64,000 bases of DNA from an uncultured Chloroflexia bacterium (GCA_963743815.1 CAVURB010000003.1:169504-233503), one strand, 5' to 3'. Positions 1 through 10,192 are shown, counted from the first letter of the stretch. Notes: a model not told the origin generated them from the sequence alone. Program-made: numbers and translations.

Positions 1-1
1 C

Positions 2-112
2 GGGCGCATGGGCGCCACCGGGTACGCGACCGGATCGCACCTCCACTTCGAGGTCTGGCGTGGCCCGATCTGGAACGGCGGCCGCCGCGTCAACCCGCTC
101 GCGTACCTCTAG
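2..112 (+). CDS. M23/LytM-family metallopeptidase, C-terminal fragment (gene starts upstream of window)
   Basis: Frame 2 reads GATGYATGSHLHFEVWRGPIWNGGRRVNPLAYL-stop; the STG-x-HLHFE block is the M23 zinc-ligand motif. Confidence 0.7.
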   Translation, partial: GRMGATGYATGSHLHFEVWRGPIWNGGRRVNPLAYL

Positions 113-160
113 GCACCGATCTCGTCGCCGGGCGGGCACGTCTCGCCTGACCGTGCGAGG

Positions 161-1468
161 ATGCCCGCGATGTTCCTCGACCGCGTCAAGATCTGGATCC
201 ACGCCGGCAGTGGCGGTGATGGCGCGGCGACCTTCCGCCAGGAAGCCCACGTGCCCCGCGGTGGCCCCGACGGCGGCGATGGCGGGCGCGGCGGCTCGGT
301 CTTCCTGCGCGTCGATGCCGGCCAGACCACGCTCCGTGACTTCCAGTACCGCCACCACTTCAAGGCGACCCCCGGTGGTCGTGGCACGCGAGCACGCCGC
401 CATGGCAAGGCCGGCGACGACCTGATCCTCGACGTGCCGCCCGGGACGGCGGTGTACGACGACGTGACCGGTGAGCTGCTGGCAGACCTCGTCGCCACCG
501 GGCAGGAGGCGCTCGTGGCCAAGGGCGGGCGCGGCGGCCTCGGCAACACGCACTTCAAGACGGCCACCCACCAGGCGCCCAAGCACGCCCAGAAGGGCGA
601 GCCGGGAGTGGAGCGCTGGCTCCGGCTGGAGCTGCGCCTGATCGCGGACATCGGTCTCGTCGGGCTCCCCAACGCCGGCAAGTCCACGCTCCTCGCCGCC
701 CTGACCGCAGCGACGCCCAAGATCGCCGACTATCCGTTCACGACGCTGGAGCCGAACCTCGGCGTCATGGATCTCGGCGACGAGGACGAACGGCGACCCA
801 CGATCGCGGACGTTCCGGGTCTCATCGAAGGGGCCTCGGACGGCGCGGGCCTTGGGCACGCATTCCTGCGTCACGTCGAGCGGACCCGCGTGCTCGTCCA
901 CGTCGTCGATGGCGCGTCGCGCGACCCCGAGTGGGCCTACGACGTCATCCGTGAGGAGCTGCGGGCGCACGATCCCGCCCTGCTCGAGAAGCCGATGCTC
1001 GTGGCCTTCAACAAGATGGATCTGCCGGCCGCCCACGACGCGTGGCCGGCGTTCCGCAGCGCCCGCGCGGCCGAGGGCCTCGACGCTGTCGCCATCGCCG
1101 CGTCCGAAGGGGAGGGCCTCGACGCGTTCCGTGCCCGGATCGTGGAGATCCTCCCGTCGCTGGAGGACCTGGCCGAGCCACCGGAGCCCGCCGGCGTCGT
1201 GGTCCACCGGATCGATGCCATGGGCGACGGGTTCGTCGTGGAGCGCGATGACGACGGCGCATTCCGCGTCCGCGGCAAGCGCATCGAGCGCGTCGCCGCG
1301 CAGACGAACTTCGACGTCGAGGAATCGGCGGAGCGGTTCCAGCGCGATCTGCGACGCCTCGGCATCGATGCCGAACTCCGTCGCGCCGGGATCGCGGCCG
1401 GAGACCTGGTCCGGATCGGCGGGGCGGAGCTGGAGTGGGAGTACGACCCGTGGGAGGCGACGCGTTGA
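161..1468 (+). CDS. obg: GTPase Obg/CgtA
   Basis: 435-aa ORF. Glycine-rich Obg fold (FLDRVKIWIHAGSGGDGAATFRQEAHVPRGGPDGGDGGRGGSV), G1 GLPNAGKST, G3 DVPGLIEGA, G4 NKMD, C-terminal OCT-like domain. Confidence 0.95.
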   Translation: MPAMFLDRVKIWIHAGSGGDGAATFRQEAHVPRGGPDGGDGGRGGSVFLRVDAGQTTLRDFQYRHHFKATPGGRGTRARRHGKAGDDLILDVPPGTAVYDDVTGELLADLVATGQEALVAKGGRGGLGNTHFKTATHQAPKHAQKGEPGVERWLRLELRLIADIGLVGLPNAGKSTLLAALTAATPKIADYPFTTLEPNLGVMDLGDEDERRPTIADVPGLIEGASDGAGLGHAFLRHVERTRVLVHVVDGASRDPEWAYDVIREELRAHDPALLEKPMLVAFNKMDLPAAHDAWPAFRSARAAEGLDAVAIAASEGEGLDAFRARIVEILPSLEDLAEPPEPAGVVVHRIDAMGDGFVVERDDDGAFRVRGKRIERVAAQTNFDVEESAERFQRDLRRLGIDAELRRAGIAAGDLVRIGGAELEWEYDPWEATR

Positions 1469-2115
1469 CGGTCGATCTCCGTGGGGCCCTCGGCGTCTTC
1501 GGTGGCACGTTCGATCCGATCCATGTCGCGCACCTGGCGGTGGCCGAGGCCGCCCGTGACGCCGTCGGTCTCGAACGGGTGCTGTTCGTCCCGGCCGGTG
1601 AGCCACCACACAAGGTGGGCCGGCCCATCAGTCCCGCGGAGCACCGACTGGCGATGGTGGCCGCGGCCATCGCCGGCAACGACGGCTTCGAGCTGAGCCG
1701 GATGGAACTGGACCGCGACGGTCCGTCCTACACCGTGGACACGCTGATCGACCTGCGGGAGGCCCGCATCGCCGCCGGTACCGCCCCGACCCTGGCCCTG
1801 ATCCTCTCGGCGGAGGCGTTCGTCGAGCTGCCGTCCTGGCATCAGCCCGAACGAGTGCTGGAACTTGCCGCCCTGGTCGTGGCGCCGAGAGACGGCTATC
1901 CCGAGGCGGCCCCGGACTTCCTGGCGCACCATTTCCCCGGCGTCGAAGCCCGCGCGGTCTTCCTCGATGGCCCGCGCATGCGGCTGTCCGCTTCGGACCT
2001 GCGGGCCCGTGCGGCGGCGGGCCGCTCGCTCCGCTATCTCGTGCCGGATGCGGTCGCGGCGTATATCGGCGACCATGCGCTCTACCAGGATCCACGGAGG
2101 ATTGATCGAACGTGA
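1465..2115 (+). CDS. nadD: nicotinate-nucleotide adenylyltransferase
   Basis: GVFGGTFDPIHVAHL nucleotidyltransferase motif and PPHK. ORF is open from GTG 1435; TTG 1465 overlaps the obg stop (TTGA). The exact start is uncertain. Confidence 0.88.
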   Translation: MTVDLRGALGVFGGTFDPIHVAHLAVAEAARDAVGLERVLFVPAGEPPHKVGRPISPAEHRLAMVAAAIAGNDGFELSRMELDRDGPSYTVDTLIDLREARIAAGTAPTLALILSAEAFVELPSWHQPERVLELAALVVAPRDGYPEAAPDFLAHHFPGVEARAVFLDGPRMRLSASDLRARAAAGRSLRYLVPDAVAAYIGDHALYQDPRRIDRT

Positions 2116-2603
2116 CCGACCCCGCGCCGACGGGCGCCGCCGCCCCCGCGCCCGAGATCGCGCCGCTCGACCTCGATGATGACGCCGAGACCACGAGCGC
2201 CGCAGCGCCCAGCGCCGACGGCATGCCCCGCCGTGACGGCCCGCCGCCGGTCACCGACCGCGTCGCGCTGGACCTCGCCCGTCGCATCGTCGAGCTGGCC
2301 GAGGACAAGAAGGCCGCCGAGATCGTCCTGCTGGACCTGACGCCGCTGACGACGCTGGCCGACTACTTCGTCATCTGCTCCGGCGGATCCGAGCGACAGC
2401 TCGACGCCATCGCGGACGGGATCATCTCGTCCCTGCGCGATGAGAAGACGCGCCCGATCGGGCGCGAAGGGACCCCGGCGTCGCACTGGGTGCTCATCGA
2501 CTTCGGGTCGGTGATCGTCCACATCTTCACGCCGCCCGAACGCGAGTACTACGGCCTCGAGAAGCACTGGGGCGAGGCCAAGACGATCCTGCGAGTGCAG
2601 TGA
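2112..2603 (+). CDS. rsfS: ribosome silencing factor RsfS (iojap-like)
   Basis: LADYFVICSGGSERQLDAIADGI...WVLIDFGSVIVHIFTPPEREYYGLEKHWGEA is the RsfS core. The GTG start overlaps the nadD stop (GTGA). It has an N-terminal Ala/Pro-rich extension. Confidence 0.9.
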   Translation: MTDPAPTGAAAPAPEIAPLDLDDDAETTSAAAPSADGMPRRDGPPPVTDRVALDLARRIVELAEDKKAAEIVLLDLTPLTTLADYFVICSGGSERQLDAIADGIISSLRDEKTRPIGREGTPASHWVLIDFGSVIVHIFTPPEREYYGLEKHWGEAKTILRVQ

Positions 2604-3410
2604 CCATGAGAGGATTTCAACGGATGCGGACGCGCCTGTTCATCGCCGGATTTGCCATGACCGCCGTCGCCCTGTCGGGCTGCACGCTGATGTCGAGCGG
2701 AAGCGGGGGCACCCTCGAGGGTGTGACCTGGACCCTCACGTCGTACTTCGCCGACGGCTCCACGAACGGCGTGGCGGAGAACGCCGGGATCGACGCCACC
2801 TTCCAGGCCACCAATTCGGTCGTGAGTGGCTCGGCCGGCGTGCAATCGCTACTCCGGGCCGTACGAGGCGTCGGGGTCGCAGCTGACCTTCGGGGCGCTC
2901 GCGACCACCCAGATGGCCTGTGACGAGGAGACGAACGCGCTCGAACGTCTCTACCTCGCGAGCCTCGCTGCGGCGCGGACGTACACCGCGACCGCCGAGT
3001 CCCTGACCATCTACAACGCCGATGGCCAGAGCATCCTCGTGTACGCGGTCGCGAAGCCCGGCCAATTGACCGGCGTCACGTGGCACGCCACCGGGATCAA
3101 CAACGGGAGGGGCGGCGTGGTCTCGATCGCGGCCGGCACGGACCCGACCGCGACGTTCGACGCCGCCGGCACGGTCTCGGGCGACGCCGGCTGCAACCAG
3201 TTCAGTGGCCCGGCCGTGGTGGACGGGACGTCGATCGCGATCGGACCGCTGGCATCGACCAAGATGGCCTGCGCGGATCCAGCCGCGAGCGAGCAGGAGA
3301 CGGCCTACCTCGCGGCCCTCGAAGCGGCGACGACGGTCCAGATCCAGGGCAGCACGCTCGAGCTGCGCGACGCCGACGGGGCGCTCCAGGTCGGCTTCGA
3401 GGCTCGCTGA
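2600..3410 (+). CDS. lipoprotein with two META (HslJ-like) domains; one apparent frameshift near 2840
   Basis: Lipobox VALSGC. Two repeats of the G-x-AGCN-x-(Y/F)SGP...MAC pattern (AGCNRYSGPY...TTQMAC and AGCNQFSGPA...STKMAC). Frame 2 (2600-2839) must join frame 3 (2841-3410) around an extra base at about 2840. Confidence 0.75.
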
Positions 3411-3486
3411 CCGCTCGGCAGGTACCGCATCAGGGGGTACCGTCGGGTCATGCCGTGGCGAAGATGGTGGGACCTAGCATCGCCAC

Positions 3487-3741
3487 ATGTCCGCTTCGAG
3501 AGATCGGTGCCCAGCCTGTGGTCATCGGCTCATCACGACCCGCTTCGACACGACGTTCCGGTTGCCTGACCGGAGCGAGCGGTTGTGCTTCGGTATCCCG
3601 GGCGGGCTGTGCGAGGACTGTTCGCAGCTGTACATCGACCCGGACCTGATCGAGCTGCTCGATCTGGGCGAGGGTCGCTGCGTCTTCGCCATCGAGAGCG
3701 ACCTCGTCGTCCAGGAGCAGGCCTGGTCATCCGCCGACTGA
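3487..3741 (+). CDS. small zinc-ribbon protein (YgiT/MqsA-type CPxCG...CxxC arrangement)
   Basis: 84-aa ORF with CPACG near the N-terminus and CEDC 40 aa later. Its 3' end overlaps the holA stop by 15 nt in convergent orientation. Confidence 0.5.
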   Translation: MSASRDRCPACGHRLITTRFDTTFRLPDRSERLCFGIPGGLCEDCSQLYIDPDLIELLDLGEGRCVFAIESDLVVQEQAWSSAD

Positions 3742-4776
3742 GGCGTGCTCCTGCACCCACATCGTGAAGGCCAGCCGCCGTTGCGCGGCACCCACCTCCG
3801 AACCGGGCGCCCCCTTCACCATCGCGTCGAGTTCGACGAGACCTGCCAGCGCTGACGTCAGTTCCGGAACGCTCCAGTGGCGCGCCTGCGCGGCGAGCGC
3901 CCTCGCCCGGAACTCGCTCGTGATCCCCATCGCGCGCGCCGCGACCGGGAGCTCTGCGCCGCCGGCCATCCGATCCCCGAGTTCCAGCAACTCCACCACG
4001 CGTCGATGGAGGACCGCGAGGAGCACGGGCTCGGGCGTCGTCTCGATCAGGCGCGCCAGGGCGGTGAGGGCCGCGGGCGTGCGTCGCTCACCGAAGGCGT
4101 CGGTGAGGGCCCAGACCGAACCCGGCGTGGATTCGGCCACGAGGCTCCGGACGTCGTCCACGGTCACCGGTCCGCCGTCGACCGCATGGCGGAGGGTCAA
4201 CTTGTCGAGTTCGCCCGAGGCGATGCGCGTCAGGTAGCGTCGGTCCACGTCGCCGTCGGTCACGCGGGCGCCCAGGCGGTCAGCGATGTCGCGGGCCGCA
4301 CCCGGCGCAAGGGTCATGCCGCGCCGGCGAGCCTCCGTCTCGATCCAGGCCCCGATGGATGCGGGTCGCGGCGCCATCGCCGGCATGACCTGTCCACCCG
4401 CGGCCAGCACCGCATCCGAGAGCCGCTTCGACCCCGCGCCCTTGGCGTTGGACCGTGCCTCCTCGACGAAGACCACCGCGTTTCCGGGCGCCATGTTCGC
4501 GATGGCATGCAGGACCGTGTCGCGAGTGTCGTTGCGGCGGACCAGGGCTCCGGGTTTCGTCACGATCGCCAGGATCCCGCCCCCGAACATGACCGCCGTG
4601 GCGAGCCGTTCCCCGAGCTGTGCCGCCCCGGTGGCCGCCGTCGCGAGCTCTCCCACCAGGCTCCAGCGCTCCAGCGGCATGCCATGGGCGGCCGCAAGGC
4701 CACGTTCGAGATCATCGATGAGGCGCGCGGCCATCAACTCGTCATCGCCGAAGACGTAGCGGATCGGCGCGGTCAT
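3727..4776 (-). CDS. holA: DNA polymerase III delta subunit
   Basis: Internal ATG at 4776 (MTAPIRYVFGDDELMAARLIDDL...). About 349 aa, a HolA-like length and N-terminus, in the position downstream of comEC seen in Bacillus-type operons. It lies in the same open frame as comEC with no stop between them. Confidence 0.75.
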   Translation of the reverse strand: MTAPIRYVFGDDELMAARLIDDLERGLAAAHGMPLERWSLVGELATAATGAAQLGERLATAVMFGGGILAIVTKPGALVRRNDTRDTVLHAIANMAPGNAVVFVEEARSNAKGAGSKRLSDAVLAAGGQVMPAMAPRPASIGAWIETEARRRGMTLAPGAARDIADRLGARVTDGDVDRRYLTRIASGELDKLTLRHAVDGGPVTVDDVRSLVAESTPGSVWALTDAFGERRTPAALTALARLIETTPEPVLLAVLHRRVVELLELGDRMAGGAELPVAARAMGITSEFRARALAAQARHWSVPELTSALAGLVELDAMVKGAPGSEVGAAQRRLAFTMWVQEHASVGG

Positions 4777-7527
4777 GCCCGGATCATCGGACCGGCGACC
4801 GCGTCCGCGTCCTCGGCCGCGGCCGCGATCAACATGAGCGGTCGCCGACGCGGGCGGGAGCATGGCCGGACAGCGGGTGCCCCCCGGGCGCGGCGTGTCA
4901 TCGCTCCGATGGTAGCCGAGCCGGTGAGCCAGGCGAGCGTGGTCACCCGTGCGCCCGGTCGGTGTCGCAGCGGCGACCGCCGCGATGGTCCGCTCCGCCG
5001 GCCTGGGCAGCGGATCGCGCACGGTCGCGAACGCCGCCGGAACGGCGCACACGAACGCCCGAGTGGCGGCGACGCGTGGTCGACCTCGCGTCCGGGTCGC
5101 GTCGGTCGCCGAAGCCCGCTGCGCGTCCACTCGTCGTTCGGAGATGGACCGCGGCTGCGTACGCACGGTCATGCGATCCCGATCGAAGGCGACGCTGACG
5201 GTCCCGTCGCGGTCGGTTCGGTACACCCGGGCGCCCGAGGCGGCCAGGCGATCAAGGGTGGGCCGGGCCGGGTGGCCATAGGTGTTGTCGGCCCCGGCAG
5301 ACGCGACCGCGATCGCCGGATCGGTCGCGGTCACGAACGGTTCGGTGCTCGCGGTTCGGCTGCCGTGGTGGGCGACCTTGAGGAGGTCGACACGTGGGAT
5401 TCCTCGTGCGAGGACGACCGGGTCGATGTCCTCCTCGATGTCACCGGTCAGGAGGAACCGTCGGTCGTCGACCTCGCCGAGGAGGACGATCGAGACGTTG
5501 TTGATCCCGGTCCCGGTGTCGGCCGGCTCGGCTGGCACGGCACCCCGGTCGGGCCACAGGACGCGCAGTCGGATGTCGTCGATCATCAATCGGTCGCCGG
5601 TCGCGAGGCCCAGTCTGATCGGCGCCCCCGGTCGCGCCAGCCGTTCCGCCCACGCCGCATACCCGGGACCCGGGCCGCGCATCCCGGGCTCGAAGACGCG
5701 ACTGACCCGATAGCGGTCCAGCAGCAGGGCGAGACCGGCGACGTGGTCCTCGTGCGGGTGCGACAGGATCACGGCGTCGATCCGGCGATCCCACGGCGGC
5801 AGGTGGCGGTCCAGGACGACCAGGAGGCGATCCGGGTCCGGCCCACCGTCGACGAGCAAGCGACCGCCATCCGCGCCCTCCACCAGGATCGCGTCGCCCT
5901 GACCGACGTCCAGCACCGTGACGCGGACGACGCCCGGCGGGCGCATGGCGATGACGCCACCCGTGACGCCCACGGACACGACGAGCGCGAGGGTCGCGGT
6001 CCGCGTGACCCACAGCGGTGCCTGGCGAGGGCTCGCAGGTGCCAGGGCTGTCCGGTGCCCGTCGGGCGCGTCGGCCGCGACCGTCGGCGTCGTTGGTCGT
6101 CCGGGATGGCGGCGGACCCAGGCAACCGCGCCGATGATCGCGATCATCCCCGCCGCCGCGGCGGTGCCCAGCGGTGGGTCGAGCTGGATGCTCGCGAACG
6201 GCAGCGACGCTGCGGTCTCCACCATCGAGACCATGAGCCGGAACGCGACCCAGGCCGGCGCGGCAAGGATCGCTCCGACTGCCGTCGGGGCTCCGGCACC
6301 GACCGCCGCGCCGGCGAGGAGCGCGACGATCCCAGCGGCCATGGCGGGCGCCACGAGCGGGACCACGAACAGGTTGATGGCAGGCGCGATGACGGCCAGG
6401 CGTCCGAACGCGACAAGGACGATCGGCAGCGTGGCTGCCTGGGCCGCGAGCGAGACACCGAGGCTCTCGATGAGCCAGCGCGGCAGGTGCCCTCGTCCGA
6501 TGTGTTCGATCCGCGCGGAGATCGGCGTGGCCCACGCGATCAGCCCGGCCGTGGCGACCGTGGAGAGCTGGAATCCCGCGTCACCGATGAGCCCCGGGTC
6601 CGCGAGCAGCAGGAGGGTGACCGCCCAGCCGAGGGCCGCCGCGGCGTAGCCGGCCCGCCCCGTCTCGCGGGCGAGCAGGACGACGCCGGCCATCGCACCC
6701 GCGCGGAGGACGGACGGCGAGGCGCCGGCGAACGCGATGTACGCGGCGATGGCAGCGATCGTGACGATCGCCCGACGACGTCGGCCCAGCCGCCCGGCCA
6801 CCGACGCGATCGCCGCGGCGACGATGGCGATGTTCCAGCCCGAGATCGCGACGACGTGGCTCACGCCCGCCGTCGTGAACGCGGCGGCCACGTCGCGGTC
6901 CACCCGGTCGCGCAGGCCGATCAGGATCCCCGCCGCGAGACCGGCCTCGGGCTCCGGCAGCGTCACGGTGAGCGACTCGGCGGCCGAGCGTCGCATCCGC
7001 TCCAGCATCTTCGCCGGCCCGTCGCCCGTGGCGGCGATGGTCATCGAGGCGGCATCGAGACTCCCCCATGCGTCGAGCCGCTCGAGATACCGGCCGTAGG
7101 GCGAGTCGGGACGTGGTCGCGTCCGGCCTTCGACCGTGACGATGTCGCCCGGTTCGATCGCGGGGTAGCGGGGGAGGGTGGCCGCGAGTCGAAAGCCCGA
7201 TGGTCCGCTGGCCCTCGTCCGGACGGTGGCGACCTGCTTCCCCTCGCGTGGCGACCCGACTGATTCCACGACCATCGTCCAGGGCCCGCGGCCATCCGGC
7301 TGTCCGGTCAGCCCTGCTGCCGAAGGACCGACGGCGTCCCGCACGGCGACGGCAGCCAGGCCCACGGCGACCGCGAGGGCCACACGGCGCACGGCGGGCG
7401 ACCAGATCGCCGCCAGGACGAGCGTCCCGATCGCGACCGCCGCAAGGCCGACCGCGGCGCCACCGAGCGATGCCGAACCGATAGCGGCGAAGACCGCGCC
7501 GACGGCCAGCCAGCCGCTCCGCGGCAC
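4777..7527 (-). CDS. comEC: competence protein ComEC/Rec2 (multi-TM channel plus metallo-beta-lactamase domain); reads through into holA
   Basis: Many TM helices, then an MBL block (VTVLDVGQGDAILVE...ILSHPHEDHVAGL...LKVAHHGS). The conserved part ends near 5140. It is followed by about 130 Arg/Ala-rich codons including GRGRGRGRGR. There is no stop before holA. Confidence 0.85.
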
Positions 7528-7528
7528 C

Positions 7529-8341
7529 TCAGCGCACCACGAGCGACTCGCGGATCCGTTCGAACGTCTTCTCGCCGAGCAGCCCCCGGGTGCGCAGCTC
7601 CTCGATCGAGGTGAATGGCGCTTCCTCGCGCGCGGCGAGGATCTTGTCGATGGTCACGGGCCCGATCCCGGGGAGGGCGTCGAGTTCCGCAGCGGTCGCC
7701 TGGTTGAGGTCGACGGGGCCATCACCGTCGCCGGCGGAGGACGTCGGGCCGCCGGACGCAGCCCCGGCGATCTCCGGGTCGTCGCGCGAGGGCACCCGCA
7801 CCTGGTCGCCGTCGTGCAGGGGGGCCGCCTGATTCAGATCGAGTTCGGCGCGGGTCGTGTCCACGCGTGCGCCATACCCGCCGGCTGCGGCGACCAGGTC
7901 ACCGACGCGTGACCCGGCGGGTAGCCGATAGACGCCGGGATCCACGACCGCCCCGACGATCTCCACGACGAGTGGCTCCGTCTGAGCCTCTCCCACCATG
8001 TCCGAGGAGGCCTCGGCCGAGGACCCGGGCAGGTTCGAACCGCCGTCCACGACGACGTCCGTCGCAGCGCTCCCGCTGGTCGCGAGGACGAAGGCGATGA
8101 CGGCGCACGCGCCCGCGACGCCGATCGAAGCGACCACACGGCCGGTCGCCGGGAGCGTGATCGAACCATCGCCACCCGTCGGGGGGCTCCCGGGCGTGGC
8201 TGGCGGTTGCGATCCAGCCACCTCGCCCGTGACGGTCGGTGCGTCCAGGCTTCGCCACGGCGGGGTCGTCGATCCCATGTCGCGCTCCGCGGCGGGCGGG
8301 CCGTGGGGCGTCGCCGGCGGAGCGCCGTGACGTCTCGCCAC
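7529..8341 (-). CDS. comEA: competence protein ComEA (SLBB domain plus helix-hairpin-helix DNA-binding domain)
   Basis: TM anchor, GVYRLPAGSRVGDLVAAAGG (SLBB), and C-terminal DLNQATAAELDALPGIGPVTIDKILAAREE (HhH). It lies directly upstream of comEC. Confidence 0.9.
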   Translation of the reverse strand: MARRHGAPPATPHGPPAAERDMGSTTPPWRSLDAPTVTGEVAGSQPPATPGSPPTGGDGSITLPATGRVVASIGVAGACAVIAFVLATSGSAATDVVVDGGSNLPGSSAEASSDMVGEAQTEPLVVEIVGAVVDPGVYRLPAGSRVGDLVAAAGGYGARVDTTRAELDLNQAAPLHDGDQVRVPSRDDPEIAGAASGGPTSSAGDGDGPVDLNQATAAELDALPGIGPVTIDKILAAREEAPFTSIEELRTRGLLGEKTFERIRESLVVR

Positions 8342-8406
8342 GTTGGGGGCACTTCCGACGCGGCGAGACGTCGAGCGGAATCTACCGAGACGCGCTTAGC
8401 TGCGAC

Positions 8407-8880
8407 TTATCCGGGTCGGATGTCAGTCTCGTCGATCAAGAGGGCGTTCTGGACGATGTCCGTGCAACCACTCACGACCACGTCACCGGTACGCCCGATG
8501 GCCTCGCCGGTCGGGTCGACGATCGAGGGCGGGTCGGCCGAGACTCCGTATCCACCCGGGATCCTGAGCGAGATCTGAGCGCCCGTCTGCCGGTCGATCG
8601 CCCAGATGTATCGATCATCCCCGGTGTCGACGTGGAGTTCGGCATCGACGGCGGTCTTGTCGCTGCATCCCTCGGGCGACAGGATCCATTGCGTGTCGGA
8701 TCCGCAGCCGACCGACAGGGACGGTTCGGCCTCAACCTGGACCCGGCCGGCGAACACCCCGAGGAGCTTCCGGAAGGGGAGGTTGTCGAGGTGACAGGCG
8801 TGTTCGATCACCCGGCTGCGGCGAGCTGCACGATCACCGAGATGGGCGGCGAGCCGGTCCCCACGCCAGGATTGCAGGCT
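8407..8880 (-). CDS. hypothetical Cys-containing (probably extracytoplasmic) protein; possibly the C-terminal part of the 8946-9236 gene
   Basis: Distal part of the 203-aa ORF (…VIEHACHLDNLPF…GCGSDTQWILSPEGCSDK…VVSGCTDIV). I recognise no family. The start is uncertain. Confidence 0.4.
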   Translation of the reverse strand, partial: SLQSWRGDRLAAHLGDRAARRSRVIEHACHLDNLPFRKLLGVFAGRVQVEAEPSLSVGCGSDTQWILSPEGCSDKTAVDAELHVDTGDDRYIWAIDRQTGAQISLRIPGGYGVSADPPSIVDPTGEAIGRTGDVVVSGCTDIVQNALLIDETDIRPG

Positions 8881-8945
8881 CGAGTTCGCCGTCACGAAGC
8901 TCGTTGCCCGACCGTAGGTCGATCGGGCACGGGGCCGGGAACGCT

Positions 8946-9236
8946 CTACGCGCCGGTGGCACCGTCGGCGGTCGATCGGACGTTGGTCGTCGTCGCGAAG
9001 CGGGCGGCGCGCGCCCACGGCACATAGACGAGCTGCGCCACGGCGACGGCGAGGACCCAGACGGTGAGCATCTGGAGGAGCGGGTAGATCGAGTCCGCGG
9101 AGATGCCGCTCATCGCCAGCGTGTTCGAGATCGTCCGCGCGGGATCGAACCCGGCGTCGGACAGCATCCGCAGGGACAGCGTGACGCCGACGAAGGCGAC
9201 CGCGATGGAGCCGTATCGGACCACGTAGCTGCGCAC
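8946..9236 (-). CDS. small membrane protein (2 predicted TM helices); may be the N-terminus of the downstream ORF, separated by a frame break
   Basis: 96-aa ORF with hydrophobic stretches IAVAFVGVTLSL and LLQMLTVWVLAVAVAQLV. It ends 60 nt before the coding-looking part of 8407-8880 in another frame. Confidence 0.4.
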   Translation of the reverse strand: MRSYVVRYGSIAVAFVGVTLSLRMLSDAGFDPARTISNTLAMSGISADSIYPLLQMLTVWVLAVAVAQLVYVPWARAARFATTTNVRSTADGATGA

Positions 9237-9342
9237 GTTGGACTCCAGGTAGAGACGAGGTACGGGCGGACTCTAGACTGCGGTCGCTTTCGTGCCCCTG
9301 GGCCGAACGTGCAGGGTCAGCAACGCCGAAGTACTGGCCCGA

Positions 9343-9762
9343 TCACGCGCGCAGCTGTTCCCACGGGACCCATTGCGTGCCATCCCACCAGCGGTGCCAG
9401 GTGCGCCCGTCACGACCCGGAGCGAAGACGTCGATGCGGTCGGCCGACCACGAGGACGCCGTCGGCGTCCCGGTCAGTTCACCGCCGAGCGACTCCCATG
9501 CGTGCCAGGATGTGCCGTCCCAGTAGCAATTCCACAGCGCACCATCGGGGAAGATCGCGAAGACCTGCAGCTGGTCCATGGCCCACGCCGTCGCGGCCGG
9601 CGCCGAGACGAGCGTCCCGCCGAGCGACACGGGTTCGGACCACGTGCCGGACACAAAGACACGGTGGACGAGGCCTGCGTCCTCATCCACCGTGAAGAGA
9701 TCGATCCGATCGGGTCCCCAGGAGACCGCAGCGGCTCCCCGGGGCGTGGCATGGTCGAACAT
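9343..9762 (-). CDS. three-blade beta-propeller lectin-like protein (RSL/AAL fucose-lectin-like W-rich repeats)
   Basis: Three repeats of about 45 aa: SWGPDRIDLF...VSGTWSEP, AWAMDQLQVF...CYWDGTSWHAW, SWSADRIDVF...RWWDGTQWVPW. Start taken at the internal ATG 9762 (MFDHATP...). Confidence 0.55.
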   Translation of the reverse strand: MFDHATPRGAAAVSWGPDRIDLFTVDEDAGLVHRVFVSGTWSEPVSLGGTLVSAPAATAWAMDQLQVFAIFPDGALWNCYWDGTSWHAWESLGGELTGTPTASSWSADRIDVFAPGRDGRTWHRWWDGTQWVPWEQLRA

Positions 9763-9772
9763 GCCGGTCAGG

Positions 9773-10009
9773 TTACTTGCCGGTCGCAAGCGCTCGGTTG
9801 AGATCGTCGGCAGCGTGCTCATCCAGCCTTCGGACGGTCGCGGCACTGCCGCGGCTGACGAGCGCGAAGCCACTCGCCAGGCCTCGGCGGATGATGCCGG
9901 GCCGCGATCCGTTCATTTCGCGGGCAAGGGCCGCGCGACGCGACATGTCGGCCTCGCGCGTTCGGTCGCGCGCGATATCGAGCGCGACCATCGTGTAGAT
10001 GTGGTTCAT
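9773..10009 (-). CDS. small hypothetical protein (78 aa)
   Basis: ORF MNHIYTMVALDIARDRTREADMSRRAALA... ending 10 nt upstream of the lectin-like gene. No recognisable domain. Confidence 0.4.
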   Translation of the reverse strand: MNHIYTMVALDIARDRTREADMSRRAALAREMNGSRPGIIRRGLASGFALVSRGSAATVRRLDEHAADDLNRALATGK

Positions 10010-10055
10010 GGGTGGATCCTCCAGCCGGTATCGACCGGCGACGCGATGACGAGTC

Positions 10056-10172
10056 TCAGCGGCGGTGATCGTCCTGGATGAGATCCCGCAAATCCGCGCC
10101 CCAGCGATACGAGGCGAGATCCAGGGCCATCAGTCCGACGACCAGGGCCAGGAACATGACGAGCGCTTCCAT
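10056..10172 (-). CDS. 38-aa hydrophobic peptide (candidate small membrane protein)
   Basis: MEALVMFLALVVGLMALDLASYRWGADLRDLIQDDHRR. It is preceded by GGAAAGGGAAG about 7 nt upstream of the ATG. Below the ORF-track size cutoff. Confidence 0.3.
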   Translation of the reverse strand: MEALVMFLALVVGLMALDLASYRWGADLRDLIQDDHRR

Positions 10173-10192
10173 GACCGACTTCCCTTTCCGCT

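Noticed and set aside
3877-7263. 1128-aa plus-strand ORF antisense to comEC/holA. Similar very long ORFs occur at 937-2076(-), 26528-28075(-), 32511-34799(-), 43186-45168(-), 47815-49716(-), 52691-55066(-), 54085-55700(-) and 57664-60447(-).
   Set aside because: They lie opposite well-conserved genes, translate to Arg/Pro/Gly/Asp-rich low-complexity sequence with no motifs, and are the expected stop-poor shadow frames of 70% GC DNA.
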